From assembly GCA_041748855.1 (NCBI GenBank), contig JBGTCK010000017.1, positions 8,124-72,123 of the forward strand: a DNA stretch of 64,000 nt, written 5' to 3'. Shown piece by piece: positions 39,259-48,559 of this stretch. Source of the DNA: Acidimicrobiia bacterium (lineage in GTDB: Bacteria; Actinomycetota; Acidimicrobiia; Spongiisociales; ZC4RG35). A model generated the notes under the pieces. The model was not told the origin of the DNA, did no database searches, and saw nothing but the letters and a program-made list of their open reading frames with translations. Within the stretch, counting starts at the first letter, position 1, and every line of letters begins with the position of its first letter. A program made the translations under genes and the position numbers.

Positions 39259-39978
39259 CTACGTCCGCTGAGCTGCTCGAATCAGCAACAAACTCATCTC
39301 TTCCCGTACCGAGCGAAGGTCGATCCTTCGATGGCGCGGGAAGCTTTGGCATCCAATCACCAACTCGTCTTCACCCACCGCCAAGCTATCAACCCCACCC
39401 CAAGGGACCTGACTTTCGGTGAGGGTCTTGTCGCTTCGCCCCCCTGCTCGGACTACGAATTCTCGTTCGCCTAGAGGTGCGTCCAAGTGTCCCCGAAGCG
39501 CCCACTTCTTATCGCTATCGGCGCACTGCCTCACGTCGTCGAAAGCCCAATAGTGAAGCCCAACCGTGACCGTTTCGTCTGTCTCCTCCACGACAAAGCG
39601 ATCGATCACACATTCCTCCGACAGCCTGAACCCCACAGTGATATACGGTTCGTCGGGATTCGACAGAATCACGCCTTCGGTAAGCCACCCACCACCTTCT
39701 CGTGGTTCCACGGTGGGAGCCCTCTCCCATTCGAAATCTGGGTTCCCGACGCAGTTCGGCGGATCGGGCTGAGCAGTCGATTGAGTGATCTCGCATTGGG
39801 CATAAGGGTCCCCAGTTGTCTCACCTTCAGAATTCGTAACCGGGGATGAGGAAGACGATCCCGTCGGGCTGGTGGTTGAGGCGGAGGCGTCATCCGGACT
39901 CAAAGACGTTGGGGCACCAGAACCGGTACAGCCAACTAGGAACACCGCCAAACAGAAGACCCAGACAACGGTTCGCAT
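39259..39978 (-). CDS. lipoprotein, hypothetical
   Basis: MRTVVWVFCLAVFLVGC lipobox; Ser/Thr-rich linker. Confidence 0.5.
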   Translation of the reverse strand: MRTVVWVFCLAVFLVGCTGSGAPTSLSPDDASASTTSPTGSSSSSPVTNSEGETTGDPYAQCEITQSTAQPDPPNCVGNPDFEWERAPTVEPREGGGWLTEGVILSNPDEPYITVGFRLSEECVIDRFVVEETDETVTVGLHYWAFDDVRQCADSDKKWALRGHLDAPLGEREFVVRAGGRSDKTLTESQVPWGGVDSLAVGEDELVIGCQSFPRHRRIDLRSVREEMSLLLIRAAQRT

Positions 39979-40067
39979 AACGCTGAGATGTTACCGAATG
40001 TCTGTTTGGTTCCCTACAGCGCACAAAGCGCGCCGCGAACCTCCGAATCACCCAGATCACCCGCGCG

Positions 40068-40140
40068 CAATCCGGCAGTTCCGAACCGCACGCCGACGTG
40101 CCGATCTGCTCGGTTCGAGGACGGGTGCGTTATCGCTCGA
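40068..40140. repeat. intergenic repeat family 2, copy A
   Basis: tccggcagttccgaaccgcacgccgacgtgccgatctgctcggttcg...tgcgttatcgctc; 8-bp inverted arms ccgaaccg/cggttcgg around a 21-nt spacer. Confidence 0.7.
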
Positions 40141-40185
40141 GATCGGTGGATATCGAGTGAAGTCACTTTGGTGGTCCGACCAGGA

Positions 40186-40602
40186 TCAGTAGATGTGGGT
40201 TGCCTCGACCCATCGAACAGATGCCCAGATACCAAGTCCGGACGCGACGATCATTACGTAGAAGGCGACTCCAAGAGATGACCCGACCCCGCCTCTCGCC
40301 GCCACGCCAACAGCAAATAGGGCGAATAATCCTGCAGCGACACTCAAACCGAAGATTGCCCAGCGAGCTAGTCGGTTCTTAGGTGCCGCCACGCCCACGC
40401 CAGCCACAACCAGGCCAGCGACCAGTTGTAGTCCTCCAAGTCCGGCGACGTACGCTCCACTTAATCCATCACTCGTCCACGGCAATAGTCCAGAAGCTGC
40501 AAGGGCCACTCCTGCTACCACAGCGGCGCTCCGCGTCAGCATGGATAGAACCCTAATGCCAGACACTCGATCCGCTCTGGAACGGCAGTTTCCGAACCCC
40601 AC
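40186..40602 (-). CDS. integral membrane protein (4 TM)
   Basis: Four hydrophobic helices in 138 aa. Confidence 0.5.
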   Translation of the reverse strand: MGFGNCRSRADRVSGIRVLSMLTRSAAVVAGVALAASGLLPWTSDGLSGAYVAGLGGLQLVAGLVVAGVGVAAPKNRLARWAIFGLSVAAGLFALFAVGVAARGGVGSSLGVAFYVMIVASGLGIWASVRWVEATHIY

Positions 40603-40650
40603 GCCGACGTGCCGATATCGGGCACTCCCTGAAATGCTCGTTATGGCTCA
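40581..40650. repeat. intergenic repeat family 2, copy B (divergent)
   Basis: ggcagtttccgaaccccacgccgacgtgccgat...ctcgttatggctc. Confidence 0.55.
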
Positions 40651-40699
40651 GGAAGTTGATCTAGCGCAACCACCCGGCCGTGAGTAGCGTCCAATCAGG

Positions 40700-41503
40700 A
40701 TGAAGCGACCGGTCGTGTTTCTCTTGTTGATGGGTTGTCTGTTGGTGGCGTGCGGGGGCACCGATCCCAACGACGCGGCGTTCGCGGCCGTCGACCTATT
40801 CGAACATCCGGGAGCTGACGCTCCTGATCCAGCCGACAGAGCCGGAGCCGCAGCGGACCACGTCGAGTGCAGTTATGAGATTTCAAATGGTGGTTGGTCT
40901 CAGGATTTCGGGCCCTCTGGCAACGCTTCCAACCCCGACGGAGCACTCGACCAGTTCCTCGGCATGGACCTTTTCGGTCTTCCTGACGATGGATACCTTC
41001 CAGTGGGCCGGGATACCGACCGGCTCCTCTACACGTACTCGGCGGACAACACGCCGAAGGTTGCTGTCATCGTGGCGGCGAACTCGACCGACCCGAACGG
41101 AGAGTGGACTGTCGAGACGTACGCGACATGTGACCCAGCCGAATACGACCCATCTATCGACGACCAGCTATCGGTGGATATCTGGCTTGACTCGGAGGGC
41201 AATCGCGTGCCCACTTCAACGCTCGCCTCGTATCGAGGAGCGGAGCATTGTGGATGGGAGTCCGTCACGTTCCTGACTATCGACGGTCAGCAATACATTG
41301 GGGATCCGCGCGGGGTGCTGACAGATATCGTCAGGTTCGATGGCGACGCCGCCCTTCCCGCCGATGCGACAGACACCGGATTCCACCACGAGGGACGCCA
41401 CCTGTGGATCTCAGCTGACCAAGCCGTCGCCTACATCGTCGGCGGCGACAGTGTAGAAGCCTGGCCCGCTCCTTCCTCGGACGATCCGGTCGCCTGCGAA
41501 TGA
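40700..41503 (+). CDS. lipoprotein, hypothetical
   Basis: MKRPVVFLLLMGCLLVACGG lipobox. Confidence 0.55.
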   Translation: MKRPVVFLLLMGCLLVACGGTDPNDAAFAAVDLFEHPGADAPDPADRAGAAADHVECSYEISNGGWSQDFGPSGNASNPDGALDQFLGMDLFGLPDDGYLPVGRDTDRLLYTYSADNTPKVAVIVAANSTDPNGEWTVETYATCDPAEYDPSIDDQLSVDIWLDSEGNRVPTSTLASYRGAEHCGWESVTFLTIDGQQYIGDPRGVLTDIVRFDGDAALPADATDTGFHHEGRHLWISADQAVAYIVGGDSVEAWPAPSSDDPVACE

Positions 41504-41529
41504 ACCAGCCGGCGAGCGCCTAAGTGGCG

Positions 41530-41600
41530 TTCTGCTCGGTTTGGGGGTCGGTGCGTAATCGCCCATATCGCTTGATCTGTGCGGCTACACACAGCGATCC
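41530..41600. repeat. intergenic repeat family 2, copy C (3' portion only)
   Basis: ctgctcggtttgggggtcggtgcgtaatcgcccatatcgcttgatctgtgcgg parallels the 3' part of copy E; followed by a ggctacaca motif. Confidence 0.55.
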
Positions 41601-41879
41601 TGCCTGTCAGGGAGACGCTCTGTAGGACTTCCTTTGATTGGGAAAATTCTAAGTGCCTTCTCCAGGCTCGTGACGATCCCGGGAAGCTGTGTTTGGTCGA
41701 CTTCCAGTCGAAACGCTAGGCGTTGGCCTGATCCAGGATCTTCTCCGGCGTCACCCTCCACCATGAAATGCCCGGTTGAGGCTGCGCATCTTCATCCGCT
41801 TATTCCTCCCGACGTTGATCCCATGCAACGAGTTGGCATAAGCAATCATCGCGTTGGACTAGTCGAGCGGTGGGGTAGA

Positions 41880-42755
41880 TCAGTCGAGTGTGACCTCACC
41901 CATGCAGCGATTGAACTCGTCCGTGAACTCCGCACGTGCCCCGTCGAGAGTCTCGATCTGGCTCGTGGTGAGGCGCCCGTGGCCCGGATCGGTCAGACCG
42001 GGGTACTCAACGCCGGTTGCATCACTCACGCATTCGAGGACGAAGTAGTAGTGGAGGGGCTGGCTCGAGACGTCGTCGACGCATTGGCCGTATGTGTCCG
42101 GAGTTTCGGCAAGTGCCTGATCGATAGTCCTCTGCCCGACCGTGCTCATAAAGCCGAGGGAATCCTGGGTGAGTTCTCCGTACGACTTTCCGGTACGAGC
42201 TTCGGTGCATCGAACGACGCTGGCGTAGTAGTAGAAACCTTCAGCGGGCTCCGGTTCGTTCTGTCCAGCCCATACATAGCCGACATCACGGAAGTGGGGA
42301 GTTTCGCACCGTCCAAATGAATCCGAGTCCGTAGTGGTGAAATCGATGTGGTTGCTACTTTCGTTGTACTCCCACTGCGCTTCGGCGCCCGCTTCGATTA
42401 CGCATTGCACAGTTGCCTCAGCTGCCATCTCTAGCTCCTCCAGTGTGACCCAGTTGTCATCCAGGATTTGCTCAGGTGAGTCTGCCGAACGAAAGACCGT
42501 GCCATCGGAGACATCCTCTTCCGGAGGGTTTCCAACGGAAAGCAAAAGTGGGAGAGCTGCGACGAGAGTTAGCGCAAACCCGGCTGCGGCGTACACCCAG
42601 GGACGCCGCCTCCGTGGTGGGTCCGCCGAGAACACGTCCTCAACATCAATCTGGCTGGCTATCGACTCAAACACCTGCTGTGCTTCCGGTGTGGCACTCC
42701 ATTCGTCATCCGTTCGGATCGGGTTGGCGGATTCGAGGCGTTCAAGTCGGGTCAT
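41880..42755 (-). CDS. putative anti-sigma factor (single TM)
   Basis: Immediately downstream of and overlapping an ECF sigma gene; N-terminal cytoplasmic segment then TM helix WVYAAAGFALTLVAALPLLL. Confidence 0.45.
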   Translation of the reverse strand: MTRLERLESANPIRTDDEWSATPEAQQVFESIASQIDVEDVFSADPPRRRRPWVYAAAGFALTLVAALPLLLSVGNPPEEDVSDGTVFRSADSPEQILDDNWVTLEELEMAAEATVQCVIEAGAEAQWEYNESSNHIDFTTTDSDSFGRCETPHFRDVGYVWAGQNEPEPAEGFYYYASVVRCTEARTGKSYGELTQDSLGFMSTVGQRTIDQALAETPDTYGQCVDDVSSQPLHYYFVLECVSDATGVEYPGLTDPGHGRLTTSQIETLDGARAEFTDEFNRCMGEVTLD

Positions 42756-43267
42756 CGTTGTGCTCCTTCGATATGAGGCTCGCTAGCGAGGGCTTGTTCA
42801 AATCTCGACCGCGCTCTGCTCAATCGCATGCGCACCGCCGGCGAGTTCGATCCGGTGGCGGTGGCGATCTCCTTGGGTGTGAGCCCTTCCCAGGCGGTGA
42901 GCAACAGAAGTTCCCGGTCATCGGGCTTGAGGGCCTTGAGCGCATCTGAAATCTCGTTGCGGAGGTCGGAGCGGGCGTGTTCGTCCGGTGCCACTTGGGG
43001 CCGGCTTTTGAGTTTGATCCCCAGGTCCTTCTTTCTTTGTGACCCGCGATGGTGGTTTGAAACGACTTTCCGACCGATTCCGTAGAGCCAGGGAAGCTCG
43101 GCTTTCGGTTTGCGATCTCTGTGCCGCCACGCCACGACGAACACTTCCGATAGAAGGTCATCGACATCTGAAGGGTGTGCTCTCCGCTGTAGGTAGGCGC
43201 GTACTTTCCCGGCGTTCGCATTCCAAAGACGGTCGAACCAGGCCTTGTCCCGTTTGGTACTCATCAC
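42752..43267 (-). CDS. ECF (sigma-70 family) RNA polymerase sigma factor
   Basis: Region 2 (LLSEVFVVAWRH) and region 4 (LTPKEIATATGSNSPAVRMRLSRARSRF). Confidence 0.8.
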   Translation of the reverse strand: MMSTKRDKAWFDRLWNANAGKVRAYLQRRAHPSDVDDLLSEVFVVAWRHRDRKPKAELPWLYGIGRKVVSNHHRGSQRKKDLGIKLKSRPQVAPDEHARSDLRNEISDALKALKPDDRELLLLTAWEGLTPKEIATATGSNSPAVRMRLSRARSRFEQALASEPHIEGAQR

Positions 43268-43469
43268 TACTCATACTGTGTCCGGACCGCTGACGAACGC
43301 AACAGACGTTGAGGGGATTCTCTCAACAATCGCCAGCGACGCCTTGGAGGATTGGCGTTCGGTACTCGCCGACGTAGAGGCCCGGCTCACCGCCTGAGAT
43401 TGCAGATCGCCTGATCGCGTGGGCTTGTCGAAACGCCCACCACCATCCGAGCGATTTCGCCCACCCCTG

Positions 43470-43545
43470 CCGAGCGATACCGAAAGTGCCGAACCGCATG
43501 CCGATGTGCCGATCACGAGCACTCGCATTGCGGATGGTTATCGCT
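43470..43545. repeat. intergenic repeat family 2, copy D (divergent)
   Basis: gtgccgaaccgcatgccgatgtgccgatc...ggttatcgctc. Confidence 0.5.
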
Positions 43546-43849
43546 CCAGAATTGTTCATCGGCGCTGTTTGTAGCGGTTCACGGGTGCTGTTCAGTTGTT
43601 GTTGATTTCTGGAATGACGTCGATGAGGTTGCCGTTGGAGTCCAGGGCCGTCACTTGGTTTGCGGGTTGGTCTCCGAGGCTGCAGTACGCGTAGAAGTCA
43701 ACGTCGAAATTGGGGTTGGTGACGACTGGTGCGGCGGTCTGGTTTCCGTCAGAGAGGCGCAGGTGCACCGAGTCGGCGTCTCTCACGGTGCCGTATGCGA
43801 ACCATCGAGTCGCTTGTTCAGCGTCGAAACTGGAGCTGGTTAGAAGGGC

Positions 43850-44200
43850 TCAGAGGTGTTCGCTCGGGGGTATGTCACCGATACAGCCCATGCCTTCGAG
43901 CTGTATGCACAGGTACCCTTCAGTGGTTTTGAAAGCCGACATCCGCCAGCCGTCTGTGGAGCCTTCGTAGGTGCCCTCGGCGATGGTGACTTCGGCCCCA
44001 GCGGGTTCGGGTTCGGGCCACTCGTAGAACTCGTTCCAAGCGCCTAATGCGCTGATCACGTGTCCGTCGGCATCGCGGTATCGGATGAGCACGCTGAGCA
44101 CCTGTTTAGGGTCGGACACGAGGTCGGTATCCGCATACCCGGCCTCTAGTTCCGCTACGGCCGCTCTGACCTCAACGAGGTCGTCGAGGTCCTGCCCCAT
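43850..44200 (-). CDS. hypothetical protein
   Basis: Weak; overlapping frames make the start ambiguous. Confidence 0.3.
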   Translation of the reverse strand: MGQDLDDLVEVRAAVAELEAGYADTDLVSDPKQVLSVLIRYRDADGHVISALGAWNEFYEWPEPEPAGAEVTIAEGTYEGSTDGWRMSAFKTTEGYLCIQLEGMGCIGDIPPSEHL

Positions 44201-44222
44201 CGGTCGGACTTGGTCGGAGCAT

Positions 44223-44633
44223 TCAACGAAGATCAGACCAAAACTCCCAGAAACCAGGAATCTGGATGGACACCAACACAGCAATGGTCAGCACAGCAAG
44301 ACCAACAGCTAAGTATATGAAAGACCGACGCAGATGTGCTCTCAGCAAACCGTGGACAGCGTCCAAGCCTGGGCCGTTACTGGGTGTTGAAGGAAGTGGC
44401 CTAACCATTCGCCCAGCCCAGTGACGGATGCCTAGCAGGAGAACGAAGATGACGATGCCAGCCAGAACGGTGTTTCTCACAAGGGAGACCAATATCCCCC
44501 AGCTGCCGATGGCGTCATACAGCCATCCGGAGACTCCAACTCCCTGTCTGGCTGTTAACACGAAACCTAACACACCGCTGATCTGGGCGAGTGACCGATT
44601 GGAATACTGGGAGAGTCGATCCCTCCAACTCAT
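44223..44633 (-). CDS. integral membrane protein, hypothetical
   Basis: Three or four hydrophobic helices. Confidence 0.4.
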   Translation of the reverse strand: MSWRDRLSQYSNRSLAQISGVLGFVLTARQGVGVSGWLYDAIGSWGILVSLVRNTVLAGIVIFVLLLGIRHWAGRMVRPLPSTPSNGPGLDAVHGLLRAHLRRSFIYLAVGLAVLTIAVLVSIQIPGFWEFWSDLR

Positions 44634-44871
44634 ACCGCCAATCTACACCAAGATCGTCCGGTTGGGATCGAACGCTTTAGACCTTGACCAAAAGCCCCTA
44701 AGACAACACTTTGCCGCGGTGTATGATGACGCCCCGCTGTCCCCGCAAAGATTTGGCCCCGGTCCCCTTCATTACCTGAGCGAGTGACCAATCGATCGAT
44801 CCGATCATGGATTCGCAACCTTCATCCTCACGAACCGTGCTCCGGCATTCGACAGGACAGGGGCGGGCTCC

Positions 44872-45645
44872 TCAGTCCGGGAATGGGAGGTAGCTGTTCC
44901 ACACTTCGCCTGTCGCGGTGTACGCAACCATTTCAACGCCGAACCCGAACGACGGAGAGGCACCATCACCGGAGCCGAATTGGAAGGCCACCGTCCCGCT
45001 CACCGGGCGCTGCCAGCCAACAGGGTCACCGTGGTCATTGAGTGCGACGGCGACGACTTCTTTTGGAAGCCCGTGCCATTCGGCAGTAAAGGTGGACCCT
45101 TCGGACGAACCCGAGATCGAACCAGTAGGCAGACCTGAGTGGGCGATGGTGTCCTCTCGTGAGGAATCCCAGAACGCATCCCCGATCTCCTGAGACCCAT
45201 AGCTGGACTCCAAACGTCCTACTGACCCGAAGTCGGCGACAATCTGGCCAATCATTCGTCGGAAGTCGCGTGACCCGCTATGCCATATGTGATAAGGCTC
45301 TCCGTTGGTGTCGTGGCCCAGATAGACAGCTCGGAGCACGTCATCAGGGTTCAACGCTGGGAGATCGGATGTGTCCATGCGGAAACTCAGGTCAGGACCT
45401 AGCTCACCGGTGTCGAACTCGGGCTCTTGATGAGGCACGCCGAGGTATTGGTCGGGAGCCTCGAGAACCGGCGTTTCATCAGCGATGAGGACAGCAAGCA
45501 TTGCAAGCTTCACGGTTTTGGTTCCATCCTCCGAAGTAGATATCGATCCGGAAGGGATCAGCAAAGCGCCGGCTATCACTAGAAGCAGAAGTGTGCCCAC
45601 AGCCACAGCAAGGATCGTGACCAGTTTCCTTTTCATCCTGAGCAT
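44872..45645 (-). CDS. secreted/membrane-anchored hypothetical protein
   Basis: N-terminal signal/TM MKRKLVTILAVAVGTLLLLVIAGALL. Confidence 0.5.
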   Translation of the reverse strand: MLRMKRKLVTILAVAVGTLLLLVIAGALLIPSGSISTSEDGTKTVKLAMLAVLIADETPVLEAPDQYLGVPHQEPEFDTGELGPDLSFRMDTSDLPALNPDDVLRAVYLGHDTNGEPYHIWHSGSRDFRRMIGQIVADFGSVGRLESSYGSQEIGDAFWDSSREDTIAHSGLPTGSISGSSEGSTFTAEWHGLPKEVVAVALNDHGDPVGWQRPVSGTVAFQFGSGDGASPSFGFGVEMVAYTATGEVWNSYLPFPD

Positions 45646-45683
45646 ATCCTAAGAGACATCGACTTGGGTTGGGGGAAGAAATT

Positions 45684-45767
45684 ATGGCTACACAATGGCT
45701 ACACGCGGACATATGTTCGCAGTGGACCCGGTCGCATTTTCCTAAGTGCTACCTGATGAAATTGAGA
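45684..45767. repeat. partial copy (left portion, no tRNA core) of the tRNA-Asn-fragment repeat
   Basis: atggctacacaatggctacacgcgg...gtcgcattttcctaagtgctacctgatgaaattgag, then diverges. Confidence 0.6.
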
Positions 45768-46034
45768 AGCTCTGCAACGGCAGGGACGTGATGAGGAGGC
45801 TCACTGGGACGCCGTGATCGATGCGCTGGACGGCTACCTGCATTTGGTCCAACAGCAGCACCTACAGGATGCGGAAGAGGCAGGCGCGTCAGGGCGTGGC
45901 TAGGGATCGAATGTGATACCCACACAGGCTCCGGTCAGACCGACGGAGTCTGCGCCAGAGAAGCAGTCCTCGACAGCTAGGACGGACCGCTCGACAACCC
46001 GCGTCCTCGAACCGCTAAGTCTCCGAAACGCCTG

Positions 46035-46135
46035 CGCGCTATCCGGCAGTTCCGAAACGCACGCCGACGTGCCGATCTGCTCGGTTTCGGGATCGGTGTG
46101 TTATCGCTCATACCGCGTGATCTGTACGGTTTCAT
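46035..46135. repeat. intergenic repeat family 2, copy E (most complete)
   Basis: tccggcagttccgaaacgcacgccgacgtgccgatctgctcggtttcgggatcggtgtgttatcgctcataccgcgtgatctgtacgg. Confidence 0.7.
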
Positions 46136-46366
46136 CAGCACCTTGGCAATTCCACGCGGATATCCGGCCGCCCGGATGGTGGCTCGGACTCCTATCGAGC
46201 AGCGGATTCACCTGGCGGTCTTTCCGACACCGACACGTGAACTTGCTGTCGGCGGTGAGGAATGCTTGCCAATCTCCCACCGCTCATGGAAATGAGGCGT
46301 GCGATCCTCGCCATGAGAGGTTTCTGCGGCGTCCCACTGTTGGTGGAGATTTAAGTAGTACGGACG

Positions 46367-46699
46367 TCAGTCGCTTGTGTCACCGTTTACCCGCCATACC
46401 TCATCGAGGCACAGTCCAGGTTCGCGGCGTTCTACTTCTTGGCCGTTTTCGGTCATGGCGAGGAGTTCGTGTCCAGTGCAGTCGCCCACTAGCCATTCCG
46501 TGACTTTTGCGCCTGAGGCGGGTGGGAGGGTGAACACCTTCACGTCCTCGCCGTCATCTCCACGGCCGACGAGGAACACATCGATCGTCTCAACCGTGTC
46601 GTTGGAGACTGCGGGAGCGTGGGGAGGTTCCATCGAACAAGCCGTCAGGAGGGAGGCTATGGACACGGTGAATGTTGCCGTTCGCAAGAACACGTTCAT
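46367..46699 (-). CDS. small lipoprotein, hypothetical
   Basis: MNVFLRTATFTVSIASLLTAC lipobox. Confidence 0.4.
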   Translation of the reverse strand: MNVFLRTATFTVSIASLLTACSMEPPHAPAVSNDTVETIDVFLVGRGDDGEDVKVFTLPPASGAKVTEWLVGDCTGHELLAMTENGQEVERREPGLCLDEVWRVNGDTSD

Positions 46700-47173
46700 G
46701 GTGTGTCGGTTGTGAGCATAGCGCAGCGCCTCGAGCACACGGCGCGTGCCGGAACGCCACCAACCCGCACATATCACTCGCCGTCCGGAACGATCTAGCG
46801 CACTCCGTTGCGAGCAGAACCGGCATTATGCGCTTCTTCGGCTCGGTTGTTCATGGGAGCAACAGATTTGGGAATCGCTCGCGGCTGAGTGATCCGTGGA
46901 AGGTGGCGGCGCGTTGCAGGAGATGGCCGGGTTGTCACACTCGGGGGCTTACTTCATGAACCTGCGGTTCTGACGCTCCACACCGTAAGGGGAGATAACC
47001 CCGAATCTTGGTTGGCAACAACGACAGAGTCCACGTCTGGATGGGGAGGTCCGTGGGAGATGAGGATAAGGAGCCGACAGAAGGAGTCCGAATGGCCGAA
47101 GTCGTCTCAAGATTTTTCTGCACTTTGGCCTGTACCCGGCGTTTCTGTCATACCTGGTTTGTAGGTTGACAAT

Positions 47174-48475
47174 ATGAGACGGGAAGTGATTCCCGCTAGG
47201 TCTCTTCCCCGCCAGCGGATACAACCAGACCAAGCAGCAGCCGAGTCGACCGACGTCCTGGCGGCGTGGCTGGTCGGTATCGAAACCGACATCTCCCGGC
47301 TGGAACAAAACCGGACCGTGGTTCTCTCCGAATTCGATTCCCGGGACGGCCACAACGTTTACGGCCACCCCTCCACCATTTCGTTCCTCAAAGAAGCCTG
47401 TCGGATGTCTGGTGGCCGGGCGAAACGACTGGTAAAAACCGCCCGGGCCGCAGCCAAGCACGCGGCGACCATGGCGGCGTGGCGGTTCGGACAGCTCTCC
47501 ACTGACCAAGCCCAACAACTCTTCGACATCTCCCACCAACTCCCCGACCGGTATCAAGCGGCCGAACAAGTACTGATCGATATCGCCGGAGACACACCCG
47601 ACCAAACCCGACAGACATTGGACTACTGGAAAAACACGGTCGACGCCGCCGGAGTCGCTTTGGAACTGGACAACCAACTGCAACGACGCAGCTTCGAACT
47701 GTCCACAATGGGCAACGGGATGGTCACAGGACGGTTTGTAATGACCGGCCTGGCCGGAGAAACCCTCAAAACCGCGATCACCAGCCTCCTCCCACCCCCC
47801 GCCGTCGGAGACACGAGGACTGCGACCCAACGCCGCCACGACGCATTAGAAGACCTCGCAGTCAGCTTCCTGGAAACCACCAACACCACCACCAGCGGCG
47901 GCGAAAAACCACACCTCAACATCCACATCGACTTAGACGCCCTCAAAGCCGAACCCGGCGGACTCCACGAAACCACCGAAGGACACGTCCTCCCCGTCGA
48001 AACCATCCGCCAGATCTCCTGCGACTGCTCCGTGACCCGCATCGTCTTCGGCCCCAACTCCGAAATCATCGACCTCGGACGCAAAACCCGGACGATAAAT
48101 CCAGCACAACGACGAGCCGTCATCGCCCGAGACCGACACTGCACCTGGAAAGGATGCCACCGACCCGCAGCATGGTGCGACGTCCACCACATCAACCACT
48201 GGGCCGACGGCGGCGAAACCGTTCTAGGAAACCTCACCCTCCTCTGCCGCTACCACCACACCCTCACCCACCACAAGACGCCACCCAAAGACTCGAACAA
48301 GCCCTCCAGGAACAGCCCGCCACCACGGGCCACACCAAACCCTAGGGGAGAACCCTCCCCCATCACCCAGCGACAACTTACCGAGACAAAGAAGCCAGCA
48401 AACTGTGGCCAACCAGCCCATAGCCGCGGTGGCCAGCGAGTGCTGGTGGGATGGACCATGGATTGCCTGAATTGA
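47174..48475 (+). CDS. DUF222 domain + HNH endonuclease (REP13E12-family-like)
   Basis: C-terminal HNH: CTWKGCHRPAAWCDVHHINHWADGGETVLGNLTLLCRYHH; N-terminal DUF222-like region. Confidence 0.8.
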   Translation: MRREVIPARSLPRQRIQPDQAAAESTDVLAAWLVGIETDISRLEQNRTVVLSEFDSRDGHNVYGHPSTISFLKEACRMSGGRAKRLVKTARAAAKHAATMAAWRFGQLSTDQAQQLFDISHQLPDRYQAAEQVLIDIAGDTPDQTRQTLDYWKNTVDAAGVALELDNQLQRRSFELSTMGNGMVTGRFVMTGLAGETLKTAITSLLPPPAVGDTRTATQRRHDALEDLAVSFLETTNTTTSGGEKPHLNIHIDLDALKAEPGGLHETTEGHVLPVETIRQISCDCSVTRIVFGPNSEIIDLGRKTRTINPAQRRAVIARDRHCTWKGCHRPAAWCDVHHINHWADGGETVLGNLTLLCRYHHTLTHHKTPPKDSNKPSRNSPPPRATPNPRGEPSPITQRQLTETKKPANCGQPAHSRGGQRVLVGWTMDCLN

Positions 48476-48559
48476 AGTCGGACCTCAGAAACGCATCACT
48501 GGGCACGAAAACGAGGGTCAGGGTGCCGGCGGCCAGGGCCGGCACCAACCACCGGCGAT

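Noticed and set aside
41634-42320. 228-aa plus-strand ORF
   Set aside because: It overlaps the minus-strand gene that is translationally coupled to the ECF sigma factor. The minus-strand protein has the expected anti-sigma topology, so the plus-strand ORF is judged spurious.
46949-47839. 296-aa minus-strand ORF
   Set aside because: Antisense to the DUF222/HNH gene, which has strong motifs, and proline/arginine/glycine-rich in a way typical of GC-frame artefacts.
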